Below, in pieces: positions 1-9,759 of a DNA stretch of 64,000 nt (position 1 is the stretch's first letter; each line of letters starts with the position of its first letter). Both the position numbers and the translations under genes were made by a program. Source of the DNA: Schleiferiaceae bacterium. Lineage in GTDB: Bacteria > Bacteroidota > Bacteroidia > Flavobacteriales > Schleiferiaceae. Below the pieces are notes generated by a model. The model searched no databases. It was not told the origin of the DNA and saw only the letters and a list, made by a program, of their open reading frames with translations. The stretch is taken from contig JAGYIN010000007.1 in assembly GCA_018402665.1 (NCBI GenBank), positions 46,509 through 110,508 of the forward strand, read 5' to 3'.

Positions 1-1
1 G

Positions 2-430
2 TCCGATGCGTTGGTTTACGCCAAACGCTACCAGCCAGAATTGGTCATTGATCTCGCAACGTTAACGGGAGCTGCAGCAAGAGCTATAGGTCGTTATGCG
101 ATTGTAGGGATGGGAAACGCGCCTAAAGAGCACATGCTGGCACTTCAAGAAAGCGGCTACCGCACCCACGAACGGGTAGTTGAATTTCCATTCTGGGATG
201 AATACAAGGACTTGTTGAAAAGCCCCATCGCAGATATGAAAAATATTGGTGGTGCAGAAGCAGGAGCCATTACTGCAGGAAAATTCCTAGAGCACTTCAC
301 CGATTATCCTTACATTCACTTAGATATCGCCGGGCCAGCATTTTTGAAATCTCGTGCCGGCTACCAGGTCGAAGGCGGAACCGGCATCGGGGTCCGTTTA
401 CTTTTCGACTTCCTAAACAACCTGAAGTAA
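2..430 (+). CDS. pepA: Leucyl aminopeptidase (peptidase M17), C-terminal fragment; 5' end lies outside the window
   Basis: Frame is open to the window edge. C-terminal M17-type motifs DLATLTGA and HLDIAGPA are present. Stop TAA at 428-430. Confidence 0.8.
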   Translation, partial: SDALVYAKRYQPELVIDLATLTGAAARAIGRYAIVGMGNAPKEHMLALQESGYRTHERVVEFPFWDEYKDLLKSPIADMKNIGGAEAGAITAGKFLEHFTDYPYIHLDIAGPAFLKSRAGYQVEGGTGIGVRLLFDFLNNLK

Positions 431-434
431 CCCT

Positions 435-1889
435 ATGAGTGACGCTAAAGAAAATACACCGAACAAACCCAATACTCCTGACGGCCAGAATAAAGAGGGC
501 AATGCCAGGAGAAGAGGTCGAGGCGGTAGAAATAGAAACCGTAACCGCGGCAAAAAAGAAGGCGAAGCTCAAGATGGAGCCCACGCGCAATCTAATCCGG
601 AAAATTCTGAGGCTTCGGTAGGTGCCGCAACCGCATCAGCACAAAGCAATCCAAATGCTCAAGGCGCCGGAGGAAATAGAAACAGCCGTGGACGCAATCG
701 AAATAATCGAAACAAACGCCGTGAAGGAAAAGATGTAAAAGCCGCACCGGTAAGCGAAGAAATCCAAACCGAATACGACTTACAAAAAGATCTGTACGAC
801 ATCGATTTTTCAAGTGGCACAGCAGCCGCCGTTTATGAAGAAACGGTGCTTGAAAAACCCGTTATTGGGATTACTTGTGGCGATTTAAACGGCATAGGAA
901 TGGAGGTAATCATTTCAATGCTAGAAGATACCCGACTCACTGAACTGTGCACGCCGGTGGTATTTGCCTCCAGTAAATTGGCTTCCTACCATAGAAATGC
1001 CATCGACAAACGCGATTTTCAATTTCAACTTTGCGATACCATTGAAGATATTAGAGAAGGTTCGAACAACCTCGTATTAAGTTGGGACGACAATGTTGAA
1101 ATTACCTTAGGAATACCTACTGATGTGAGCGGAGCGTACGCGCTAAAAAGTATTGATGCCGCTATCGAAGCAGCAAAAGCAGGGAAAATTCATGCACTGC
1201 TCACAGCGCCCATCAATAAACACAACATCGCTGCAAGCGTTGAGGGCTTTTCAGGCCATACCGGATACTTAGCGAATCAATTTAGCAATGAAGTGCTGAT
1301 GATTTTGACTTCAGACCAATTAAAAGTGGCCACAGTAACCGGCCACGTGCCTATTTCTAAAGTAGCAGAAGGCATTACGGAAGCTTCCGTCGGTAAGGCG
1401 ATCGAACTGCTTTCGCAAAGCTTAAAACGAGACTTTGGCATCGTAAAACCACGGATAGCAGTGCTCGGGCTCAACCCGCACGCAGGCGAAATGGGAACTA
1501 TTGGTAGTGAAGAAGGGGAAACCATTCGACCGGCAATAGAAAAAGTGCAGCACAAAGACGCCGTAGTTAAAGGACCTTTTCCAGCAGACGGTTTCTTCGG
1601 ACAAGGCTTCGAGTCGAAATTTGATGCCGTTTTGGGCATGTACCACGACCAAGTATTGGTTCCTTTTAAATCTTTAGCCATGGGTAGTGGTACAAATTTC
1701 ACCGCTGGTCTAGAACTAGTTCGTACCTCGCCAGATCACGGAACAGCCATGCACCTTGCCGGCAAAGGCAAGGCTGATGCTACATCCATGAGAAAAGCGC
1801 TCTATACAGCAATCGATGTTTACCACGCGCGAAAGGGATATGATGAAATGACAAAAGATCCGCTAAAAAAACAAAAAGAGAAGAGTTAG
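435..1889 (+). CDS. pdxA: 4-hydroxythreonine-4-phosphate dehydrogenase PdxA with an unusual N-terminal Arg/Asn/Gly-rich extension of about 137 aa (start uncertain; in-frame GTG at 846 is the alternative)
   Basis: PdxA core motifs GITCGDLNGIG, GHTGYL, LNPHAGE and SPDHGTA. ATG at 435 is 4 nt after the pepA stop and there is no in-frame stop before the core. Confidence 0.85.
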   Translation: MSDAKENTPNKPNTPDGQNKEGNARRRGRGGRNRNRNRGKKEGEAQDGAHAQSNPENSEASVGAATASAQSNPNAQGAGGNRNSRGRNRNNRNKRREGKDVKAAPVSEEIQTEYDLQKDLYDIDFSSGTAAAVYEETVLEKPVIGITCGDLNGIGMEVIISMLEDTRLTELCTPVVFASSKLASYHRNAIDKRDFQFQLCDTIEDIREGSNNLVLSWDDNVEITLGIPTDVSGAYALKSIDAAIEAAKAGKIHALLTAPINKHNIAASVEGFSGHTGYLANQFSNEVLMILTSDQLKVATVTGHVPISKVAEGITEASVGKAIELLSQSLKRDFGIVKPRIAVLGLNPHAGEMGTIGSEEGETIRPAIEKVQHKDAVVKGPFPADGFFGQGFESKFDAVLGMYHDQVLVPFKSLAMGSGTNFTAGLELVRTSPDHGTAMHLAGKGKADATSMRKALYTAIDVYHARKGYDEMTKDPLKKQKEKS

Positions 1890-1942
1890 AAGTTTTCAAC
1901 AATTTCAATATCTTTGCCCGCTCATTCAGTGATACTTGACCT

Positions 1943-2443
1943 GTGAAAAAACGCGATTTTGATATTGCCTTTAGAGGCTTAGCGTTAGGACAACACGAGT
2001 TCCAGTATGATTTGGATGATACGTTCTTTACGCTCTTTGAATATTCAGACTACCGCGGTTTACGTGGAACGGCTGAGCTTATGATGTTGAAAAGTGAAAC
2101 AGTTCTAGATGTAGAGCTTCGTTTTACTGGAACCATCGAAGCGCCTTGTGACATTACGAATGAGCTGTATACGCAGACGCTTGAAAATAGCTTTGCGATG
2201 CAGATTAAGTTCGGCGATGAATATAACGATGAAAATGAGGAACTCCTCATTCTACCGCACGGCAACTACCAGTTTAACGCAGGTCAAATGATCTACGAAT
2301 TGGTGGTACTCAGTATTCCATCAAAGCTATTAGGCCCGAATGCCGGCAATGGTATTGAAGATTTGATTGAAGAGGAAGAAGACGAAACAGAAGAAAAGAC
2401 AGATCCTAGATGGGATCAACTAAAAAACTTGTTGAATAAATAA
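1943..2443 (+). CDS. DUF177 / YceD-like protein (GTG start)
   Basis: 166 aa with an acidic C-terminus, immediately upstream of rpmF, which is the conserved YceD-L32 arrangement. Confidence 0.7.
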   Translation: MKKRDFDIAFRGLALGQHEFQYDLDDTFFTLFEYSDYRGLRGTAELMMLKSETVLDVELRFTGTIEAPCDITNELYTQTLENSFAMQIKFGDEYNDENEELLILPHGNYQFNAGQMIYELVVLSIPSKLLGPNAGNGIEDLIEEEEDETEEKTDPRWDQLKNLLNK

Positions 2444-2453
2444 TTAAGTAGAG

Positions 2454-2636
2454 ATGGCACATCCTAAACGCAGACAGTCGAGCACAAGAAGAGACAAGCG
2501 TAGAACACACTACAAGGCAGCTGATCAGCAATTGGCTATCTGCCCAACCACTGGTGAAGCCCACCTGTACCACCGCGCGCATTGGCACGAAGGCAAGTTG
2601 TACTACAAGGGTAAGGTAGTTATGGAAAAGGCTTAA
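2454..2636 (+). CDS. rpmF: 50S ribosomal protein L32
   Basis: 60 aa. N-terminus [21 protein letters not shown] is typical of L32. Confidence 0.95.
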   Translation: MAHPKRRQSSTRRDKRRTHYKAADQQLAICPTTGEAHLYHRAHWHEGKLYYKGKVVMEKA

Positions 2637-2663
2637 GCCATTCTATAAAACATTGATTGTTAA

Positions 2664-2699
2664 AAAAGTAGCTCAATTTTGGGCTACTTTTTCTTTTTT
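2664..2699 (+). terminator. Intrinsic terminator after rpmF
   Basis: Stem agtagctc / gggctact (8 bp including one G-U pair), loop aatttt, followed by a T-run. Confidence 0.7.
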
Positions 2700-2755
2700 A
2701 AACCCCTCTAAGTGTTCCACGGGGCCTATTTTAGCCCCCTACAACTGAAAAAACC

Positions 2756-3748
2756 ATGAAAGCAGCAATCACCGCTATTGGCGGATACGTTCCAGAATAT
2801 GTGTTGACCAACGATGAACTGGCAACCATGGTCGAAACTAATGATGAGTGGATTACCACGCGTACTGGCATCAAGGAGCGTCGCATCCTAAAACCGGAAG
2901 AAGGCATGGGTGCTTCTTACCTCGCTATCAAGGCTGTTGAGGCCATGAAAAAGGAATACGGTGTTGCCGTTGATGATGTAGATCTCGTTATTCTCGCTTC
3001 AGTTACACCGGATATGCCTGTGGCTATTACCTCTGCGTACATCGCGCAAGAAATTGGCGCTACAAACGCTTATGCTTTCGACTTACAGGCTGCCTGTTCC
3101 TCTTTTCTTTATGCGGTCAGCAATGCAGCTGCATATATTGAAAGCGGTAAATACAAAAAAGTACTGGTGGTTGGTTCCGATGTCATGTCCTCTATCGTAG
3201 ACTACACAGACCGCACAACCTGTATTCTTTTTGGTGACGGTTGCGGCGTGGTACTCATGGAACCTAATGAAGAGGGCTTAGGTGTTCAAGACGAAATTCT
3301 AAGAACCGACGCAACAGGACGCGATTTTCTCCGTATCGAGGCAGGTGGTTCGTTCCTTCCGCCATCCCACGAAACCATCGACAACAAACAACATGCTATT
3401 CGTCAAGAAGGACAAAGCGTGTTCCGTTTTGCAGTAAGTCGTATGGCAGATACTTCAGCGGAATTGCTAGAAAAAAACAATCTGACGGGTGAAGATGTCG
3501 CTTATTTAGTGCCGCATCAAGCAAATCTCAGAATCATAGATGCCACTGCACGTCGTATGGAGTTAACCAAAGACAAAGTAGTCATCAATATTGAAAAATA
3601 CGGCAACACCACATCGGCCACTATCCCGCTTGGACTCTGGGATTTCAGAGATAAATTCAAAAAAGGAGATAATATTTTCTTCGCCGCATTTGGCGGTGGA
3701 TTTACTTGGGGCGCCATGTGGGTAAAGTGGGCCATCGATAAAAAATAA
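2756..3748 (+). CDS. fabH: 3-oxoacyl-ACP synthase III
   Basis: 330 aa. Active-site context AACSSFLYA, plus HQANLRI, GNTSATIPL and GGGFTWG. Confidence 0.95.
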   Translation: MKAAITAIGGYVPEYVLTNDELATMVETNDEWITTRTGIKERRILKPEEGMGASYLAIKAVEAMKKEYGVAVDDVDLVILASVTPDMPVAITSAYIAQEIGATNAYAFDLQAACSSFLYAVSNAAAYIESGKYKKVLVVGSDVMSSIVDYTDRTTCILFGDGCGVVLMEPNEEGLGVQDEILRTDATGRDFLRIEAGGSFLPPSHETIDNKQHAIRQEGQSVFRFAVSRMADTSAELLEKNNLTGEDVAYLVPHQANLRIIDATARRMELTKDKVVINIEKYGNTTSATIPLGLWDFRDKFKKGDNIFFAAFGGGFTWGAMWVKWAIDKK

Positions 3749-3780
3749 CTCGTAACTTCATATTCCTAAATACATTTAAT

Positions 3781-4269
3781 ATGGACTTGAAAGAAATCCA
3801 GGCGCTCATCAAATTTGTCGCCAAAAGTGGTGCTCAAGAAGTGAGCTTAGAAACAGAAGATTTCAAGATTAACATTAAAACTGGCCCCGATGCTAGCGAC
3901 CAGCCTACTTACGTTCAGGCTGCAACACCGCAGCAGTTGCCCGTTGCCGCGCCTGCTGCACCTGTAGCAGCAACAGAAGCAACGCCTACTGCACCAGCAG
4001 CACCAGCGGAAGCCGATGAAAGTGCAAACTACATCACTATTAAATCTCCAATGATTGGAACATTCTACCGCACGCCATCACCAGATCAAGATGCGTTCGT
4101 GAAAGTGGGCGACACCATCCAGCCAGGTGATGTACTTTGTATCGTTGAGGCAATGAAACTTTTCAATGAGATTGAAAGTGAAGTAAGTGGTAAAATCGTT
4201 AAGATTCTTGCAGACGATAAAACACCTATAGAATACGACCAGCCATTGTTCTTGGTTGATCCTTCTTAA
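3781..4269 (+). CDS. accB: Acetyl-CoA carboxylase biotin carboxyl carrier protein
   Basis: Ala/Pro-rich linker followed by a biotinyl domain with [10 protein letters not shown]. Directly upstream of accC. Confidence 0.95.
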   Translation: MDLKEIQALIKFVAKSGAQEVSLETEDFKINIKTGPDASDQPTYVQAATPQQLPVAAPAAPVAATEATPTAPAAPAEADESANYITIKSPMIGTFYRTPSPDQDAFVKVGDTIQPGDVLCIVEAMKLFNEIESEVSGKIVKILADDKTPIEYDQPLFLVDPS

Positions 4270-4291
4270 TTCATTTTAAACCTACCAGGTT

Positions 4292-5632
4292 ATGTTTAAG
4301 AAAATACTCATTGCCAACCGTGGTGAGATTGCCCTTCGCGTCATTCGTACGTGTAAAGAAATGGGCATTAAAACGGTTGCTGTTTATTCAAAAGCGGATG
4401 CCGATTCTTTGCACGTGCGCTTTGCAGACGAAGCAGTTTGTATTGGTCCCGCTGCGTCGTCAGAGAGTTATTTAAGTATCCCTAACATTATTTCAGCAGC
4501 CGAGATCACGAATGCTGATGCCATTCACCCGGGATATGGGTTTCTGAGTGAAAACGCTAAATTCTCCAGAATCTGTGCAGAGCACGGCATTAAGTTTATT
4601 GGTGCGACTGCTGATCAGATTGATAAGATGGGTGATAAAGCGACGGCAAAGGAAACCATGAAAGAAGCAGGAGTGCCTTGTGTACCTGGCTCTGAAGGCA
4701 TCCTTGAATCGCTTGAACACGCTCGAAAAACGGCTGCAAAAATTGGCTACCCCGTAATGATGAAGGCTACCGCAGGCGGTGGCGGTAAGGGTATGCGCGC
4801 AATTTTTGCGGAGAGCGAACTAGAGGGTGCTTGGAAAAGCGCTCGTAGAGAATCTGCTGCTGCCTTTGGCAACGACGGCATGTACATGGAGAAACTCATC
4901 CTTGAACCGCGTCATATTGAGATCCAGGTGATCGGCGATAGTTACGGTAAAGCGTGTCACTTGTCTGAGCGCGACTGTTCAGTGCAGCGTCGTCACCAAA
5001 AATTGGTGGAGGAAACGCCATCGCCGTTTATGACGGATGAATTGCGCAAGGCAATGGGAGATGCTGCTGTGAAGGCCGCTGAATTTATTTCCTATGAAGG
5101 CGCTGGAACAGTCGAGTTTTTAGTTGATAAAGACCGTAATTTCTACTTTATGGAAATGAATACACGGATTCAGGTAGAACACCCAATCACTGAGCAAGTG
5201 GTGGGTTTTGATTTGATTCGTGAACAAATTAAAGTGGCTGCCGGAGAAAAAATCTCAGGTAAAAACTACTTCCCTGAAATGCACAGCATAGAAGTACGGA
5301 TTAACGCAGAAGATGCTTTCAACGACTTTCGTCCATCACCAGGTAGAATTGGCTCTTTCCATGCACCAGGAGGTCACGGCGTGCGTCTAGATACCCATTG
5401 TTACAGTGGTTATATGATTCCACCGTTTTACGATTCTATGATTGCTAAATTGATCGTTACTGCACGTACGCGTGAGGAAGCAATCGATAAGCTTGAGCGT
5501 GCCTTAGATGAATTCGTTATCGAAGGTGTGAAAACGACTATTCCGTTCCACCAGCAATTGATACAAAACGAAGACTTCCGCAGAGGTGTGTACACCACGA
5601 AATTCATGGAAGATTTCAAATTGGTCGAATAA
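4292..5632 (+). CDS. accC: Acetyl-CoA carboxylase biotin carboxylase subunit
   Basis: 446 aa. [19 protein letters not shown], an ATP-grasp segment GGGGKGMR and [14 protein letters not shown]. Confidence 0.97.
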   Translation: MFKKILIANRGEIALRVIRTCKEMGIKTVAVYSKADADSLHVRFADEAVCIGPAASSESYLSIPNIISAAEITNADAIHPGYGFLSENAKFSRICAEHGIKFIGATADQIDKMGDKATAKETMKEAGVPCVPGSEGILESLEHARKTAAKIGYPVMMKATAGGGGKGMRAIFAESELEGAWKSARRESAAAFGNDGMYMEKLILEPRHIEIQVIGDSYGKACHLSERDCSVQRRHQKLVEETPSPFMTDELRKAMGDAAVKAAEFISYEGAGTVEFLVDKDRNFYFMEMNTRIQVEHPITEQVVGFDLIREQIKVAAGEKISGKNYFPEMHSIEVRINAEDAFNDFRPSPGRIGSFHAPGGHGVRLDTHCYSGYMIPPFYDSMIAKLIVTARTREEAIDKLERALDEFVIEGVKTTIPFHQQLIQNEDFRRGVYTTKFMEDFKLVE

Positions 5633-5653
5633 ACGTTCAACACAGGTTTGCAT

Positions 5654-5683
5654 AAAAAAGCCTGGCGCCTAGCGCCAGGCTTT
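5654..5683. terminator. Bidirectional intrinsic terminator between convergent accC and msrA
   Basis: Perfect 9-bp stem gcctggcgc / gcgccaggc with a 3-nt loop, flanked by an A6 run and TTT. Confidence 0.8.
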
Positions 5684-5709
5684 AAATTCCCGCCAATTTT
5701 GTTTTGCGG

Positions 5710-6309
5710 TTAAAACAATTTCCTTGGGGCGTGACAATACGGAGTACCTCCTTTATTGTCGTAATAATCTTGGTGGTAATTTTCAGCTGAATAGAAGGCT
5801 GCCGCTGGCAGCACCTCCGTGGCCACATCATAGCCCTTGGTTTCAAGCAGACCGATGAGTTTTTCAGTAACCTCACGCTGTGCCTGATTCTGGAAAAATA
5901 CCGCACTACGGTACTGTGGCCCTATATCAGGCCCCTGTCCATTGCGTTGAGTAGGGTCGTGCGTTTCAAAAAATACCCGCGCAATTTCTTCAAACGAGAC
6001 CTGCTGTGGATCAAAGACTACGTGCACAGCTTCATAGTGACCTGTGCGCTTGCTGCAGACCTCGCGATAGGTAGGATTCTTCACCATACCACCCGTATAG
6101 CCGCAAGTCGTTGCAAGCACACCTGGGATTTTTTGCAAATAAAATTCTGTGCCCCAAAAACATCCGGATGCTAAGACAGCTACTTCCTGTCCTTCTTCGG
6201 GTGCCGGTATGGTGGCCATCGCATATGCGTCGCTCATCTTCTTGTTGGTTTGGGCCGTACAGCTCGCCATAAAAGCAAACAAGGCCATTACTATTGTTTT
6301 AATTCTCAT
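5710..6309 (-). CDS. msrA: Peptide methionine sulfoxide reductase MsrA, predicted exported lipoprotein
   Basis: GCFWGTEFY catalytic motif. I prefer the start at MRIKTIVMALFAFMASC (ATG 6309), a signal peptide with a lipobox-like Cys, over the longer ORF start at 6360. Confidence 0.85.
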   Translation of the reverse strand: MRIKTIVMALFAFMASCTAQTNKKMSDAYAMATIPAPEEGQEVAVLASGCFWGTEFYLQKIPGVLATTCGYTGGMVKNPTYREVCSKRTGHYEAVHVVFDPQQVSFEEIARVFFETHDPTQRNGQGPDIGPQYRSAVFFQNQAQREVTEKLIGLLETKGYDVATEVLPAAAFYSAENYHQDYYDNKGGTPYCHAPRKLF

Positions 6310-6366
6310 ACCTGAATAACACAAAAAAGACAAAAGTGGTTCGGCTGAAGTATGATCCAATTAAAA

Positions 6367-7359
6367 TTATCCGATGAATCCTTTCTTCAACAAGACCTCA
6401 GCAATTTGAACGGTATTTGTAGCGGCTCCCTTACGAAGGTTGTCGCTAACAATCCATAGGTTCAGGGCGTGATCGGTGGTGAAGTCACGGCGCAATCGGC
6501 CCACAAATACATCGTCCTTTCCCTCGGCCATTAAAGGCATTGGATAGGTATTGAATTCAGGGCGATCCTGAAGGGTGATGCCCGGAGTGTCATTTAAGAT
6601 CTTTCGCACCGCCTCCAAAGTGAATTCGCGCTCAAATTCTACGTTCACACTCTCACTGTGTCCGCCCTGCACAGGAACGCGAACTGCGGTAGCGGACAGC
6701 TTTATGCCGGCATCGCCAATGATTTTAACCGTTTCCTGGGTCATCTTCATTTCCTCTTTGGTGTAATCGTTCTCGAGGAAAATATCGCAATGCGGAATGC
6801 AATTACGATCAATTTTATACGGGTAAACCATTTGTGGGTTTTCGCCATTGCGCTCTCCCTCAAGCTGATCAACCGCCGCTTTACCGGTTCCAGTAACACT
6901 TTGGTAAGTACTGACTATAACGCGCTTCGCCCCAAAAGCTTGGTGCAGCGGGTGCAGTGCCATGACCAATTGGATGGTCGAGCAATTGGGATTTGCAATG
7001 ATGAAATCTTGCGCAGTTAATGCATCCGCGTTGATTTCTGGTACTACCAATTTTTTGTCGGCATCCATGCGCCATGCGCTCGAATTATCGACAACACGCG
7101 TTCCAGCCGCCGCAAATTTTGGCGCCCACTCGAGCGAGGTTTCGCCTCCGGCAGAGAAAAGTGCTACATCAGGTGCCGCAGCAACGGCCGCCTCTAGGCT
7201 TTGAATGGTCCAATCCCGTCCGCCAAAAGCCACCGATTTACCCACGCTACGCTGCGATGCCACAGGAATAAGTTCCGTGACAGGGAAGCTGCGTTCCGCC
7301 AATACTTTCAAAATAATTTGGCCAACCATTCCAGTGGCGCCGACAACTGCAATTCTCAT
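6367..7359 (-). CDS. asd: Aspartate-semialdehyde dehydrogenase
   Basis: 330 aa. MRIAVVGATGMVGQ NAD-binding fold and active-site NPNCSTIQ. Confidence 0.95.
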   Translation of the reverse strand: MRIAVVGATGMVGQIILKVLAERSFPVTELIPVASQRSVGKSVAFGGRDWTIQSLEAAVAAAPDVALFSAGGETSLEWAPKFAAAGTRVVDNSSAWRMDADKKLVVPEINADALTAQDFIIANPNCSTIQLVMALHPLHQAFGAKRVIVSTYQSVTGTGKAAVDQLEGERNGENPQMVYPYKIDRNCIPHCDIFLENDYTKEEMKMTQETVKIIGDAGIKLSATAVRVPVQGGHSESVNVEFEREFTLEAVRKILNDTPGITLQDRPEFNTYPMPLMAEGKDDVFVGRLRRDFTTDHALNLWIVSDNLRKGAATNTVQIAEVLLKKGFIG

Positions 7360-7389
7360 AAAAATTGACTTAACTTATATGGTACCCCG

Positions 7390-7397
7390 CAAAGCTA
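7390..7397 (-). promoter_or_regulatory. Putative Bacteroidota -7 promoter box for asd
   Basis: Minus strand reads TAGCTTTG, an exact TAnnTTTG match, 30 nt upstream of the asd ATG. Confidence 0.4.
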
Positions 7398-7412
7398 CTT
7401 CTAAACTGCCTT

Positions 7413-9737
7413 ATGTTCACCGACTTGTTTCGTAGTGCACTAACGCTTTGTTTTTGCCTCATTTTTAACGCCGCCACGGGCCAATTTTACCAACTTCTCG
7501 ACTCCTTAACTGCCCCACATGTAGACTGGGAAGGCGATACCGCGTGGATGCACTTTTCAGCAGATGGATTGCGGAGCGCAGCGCCTGCTGCGGGTGCTTT
7601 GGAATGGCGTCGCGAGAGTCGCGCTGCGCTCCGCGGAAATTGGAGCCTCCAAATGCATATGGATTTTAACCCGTCCACGGCTAATTTTTGCAGTTTTAGG
7701 TTCATCGAATCGGACTGGGGTTATTATGCCATTCAACTCTCCGGATCCAGCGGCGATGATCTCTCCTTGCAACTGCATACCCTTGAAAAAGACAGCGTTC
7801 TCGCTGCAATTTCAGGCTACGTGAACCGCAATGCAGTAGCCGTTGCGCTGCGGATTGAACGCGACAGCAACTACACTTTTCACGTGTACGATGCGGACAC
7901 ACTCTTATTCAGCACGACCGACAGCACGCTGCGTTCCTCAAAAAGTCTTAGTCTGCACTGCACCTATACCTCAAGCCGCGTGGATAAATTTTTGTTCTCA
8001 ACATTGAAGGCCGAAGGCTATGCTTTTCGTGATACCGTCGCACCGAAATTGCGAACCATTGATGTTTTATCGCCACGGCAGCTCAGGCTTAATTGGTCCG
8101 AACCTACTTTACCTGCACCCGGAAGTCTAAACGGTGTCATTGCACGTTCGCAGGACGGCACACCTCTTGATACCGCATTTTATCCCTATTTGGGGCCATC
8201 GCATTGGGACGTGTTCTTCGATCGGCCCATTCCTCTGGGTCGATGTGCTATAGAAGTACCCCTGGCCGTCGACACAGCGGGCAATCTCACCTTTTTCGCT
8301 GTAGACTCCGTGCTGCTGAACTATCCGGCTCGCCAAAGCGTACAAATTATCGGCATCCACCAGATTGAAGGAAACCAAGGCGATTATTTTATTGCCTACA
8401 GTCCTGTTTCCATGCCCGAAGCCGTGTTGGACCTCATCACAGAAAGTGGAACGAAAAAAACCATTCCTTGCCCCCTAGATTCAGGAACAATCCGCTACGG
8501 AAACGGTCAAAACGTACAAATCCTGCCCGGATTTTCTCTGCCCGATGAAGGCGTGCTCATCCTGAAAAACGAAGGCATCCCCGTTGCCGTTCAACCTTAC
8601 GATTTTCCATATGCTCCGCATCAATCTTTTGGTGATTTCCTATTACTCGCCGATTCCATGTCCTATACCACTACTCAATGGCGCGTCGTTCCCACTGCAA
8701 TCGCCATTTCTGGACCCATTCCGTCTAAAAATCTTCCTAAAAATCCACCCAACGGTCTCTTTGGGGATGAAAACGGTACCAACTATGTTCAATTTTCCCA
8801 TTCGCTCTATTCCTACCTCCACCTGCTCTCGCCAAAACTGCAAGCACAATGGACTTCCGATGCGCCTTTCTTACTGCCCGTGGTGCAAGCGGCACTTCCA
8901 TCACTATTGGGAGATTCAAGCCTCCATCTCCTACCTGCTGAATTCCCAGATTCAGGAACCGTGTTCATCAATGAAGTCCACGCCGCTCCAGACCAATTAG
9001 AAGAGTTCATAGAATTGGCCTCCACCAGCCAACAGCCCATTCGCCTTGACCCACTTCGCCTTCTAAAAACTGCCGCTTCTGCAACTTCAGCGTACCGATT
9101 TTACGATGTCCCACCTGCCTTTTGTGCGCTACAACCGCCCCTCTTCCCGTTACTCGCCCCACATCAACTTCGTGCCTTTCCAAGCCCCACTACTTTGCCA
9201 AACGATACAACCTCGCTATTCCTGCAAGGAACCGGCGCACGAACCTTAGACGAAATCACCTACAGCCCCTGGGAAGCGCCGCTCGAACACCGCAGTTGGG
9301 AACGCATTTCCCTGCACAGCCCTGGTCGCGCTCCCTCGAATTGGGCACCCCACCATGCACGCTGGTGCTGCCCTACAGAAGCCTCTCCAAACACTACCAA
9401 CAGCTGCGCTTCCTCCACGGGCGGCGTTGAACTCAGTGCGCATCTTAAACGCTCCCACCTCAGCTTTGACCCTAATCATTACCTCCCTTCGACCGATCTG
9501 TGGGTGTCCATGGCGGCCGGAGACGTCCTCTCCCTTCGGCTTTTAGATCGCGCCGGCCGCCCCATCACCCAATGGCATTCTTTTCAAGGAATTGCAGGAG
9601 AAAACCCCATCAGTATAGGCCCTTATCTGTGGGGCGAAAGTCTCTTAAGGACAGGAATTTACACGGTTCAAATCCGACTTAAAAAATCTTCATCGCAACG
9701 CATAAAAAATCTACCGATATCTATCTACAATCCGTAA
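7413..9737 (+). CDS. Hypothetical secreted protein with a lamin-tail-like segment and a T9SS-type C-terminal sorting domain
   Basis: N-terminal signal peptide. VFINEVHAAPDQLEEFIELAS resembles an LTD core. The C-terminal ~80 aa (LRLLDRAGRPI...GIYTVQIRL) resemble T9SS CTDs. The rest shows no motifs I recognise. Confidence 0.55.
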   Translation: MFTDLFRSALTLCFCLIFNAATGQFYQLLDSLTAPHVDWEGDTAWMHFSADGLRSAAPAAGALEWRRESRAALRGNWSLQMHMDFNPSTANFCSFRFIESDWGYYAIQLSGSSGDDLSLQLHTLEKDSVLAAISGYVNRNAVAVALRIERDSNYTFHVYDADTLLFSTTDSTLRSSKSLSLHCTYTSSRVDKFLFSTLKAEGYAFRDTVAPKLRTIDVLSPRQLRLNWSEPTLPAPGSLNGVIARSQDGTPLDTAFYPYLGPSHWDVFFDRPIPLGRCAIEVPLAVDTAGNLTFFAVDSVLLNYPARQSVQIIGIHQIEGNQGDYFIAYSPVSMPEAVLDLITESGTKKTIPCPLDSGTIRYGNGQNVQILPGFSLPDEGVLILKNEGIPVAVQPYDFPYAPHQSFGDFLLLADSMSYTTTQWRVVPTAIAISGPIPSKNLPKNPPNGLFGDENGTNYVQFSHSLYSYLHLLSPKLQAQWTSDAPFLLPVVQAALPSLLGDSSLHLLPAEFPDSGTVFINEVHAAPDQLEEFIELASTSQQPIRLDPLRLLKTAASATSAYRFYDVPPAFCALQPPLFPLLAPHQLRAFPSPTTLPNDTTSLFLQGTGARTLDEITYSPWEAPLEHRSWERISLHSPGRAPSNWAPHHARWCCPTEASPNTTNSCASSTGGVELSAHLKRSHLSFDPNHYLPSTDLWVSMAAGDVLSLRLLDRAGRPITQWHSFQGIAGENPISIGPYLWGESLLRTGIYTVQIRLKKSSSQRIKNLPISIYNP

Positions 9738-9759
9738 TTTTCACTCAAGAACTACCCAA

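Noticed and set aside
3771-3778. TACATTTA, a near -7 box, immediately before the accB ATG.
   Set aside because: It has one mismatch and ends 2 nt before the start codon, so the transcription start would fall inside the CDS. accB is probably transcribed with fabH or from further upstream.
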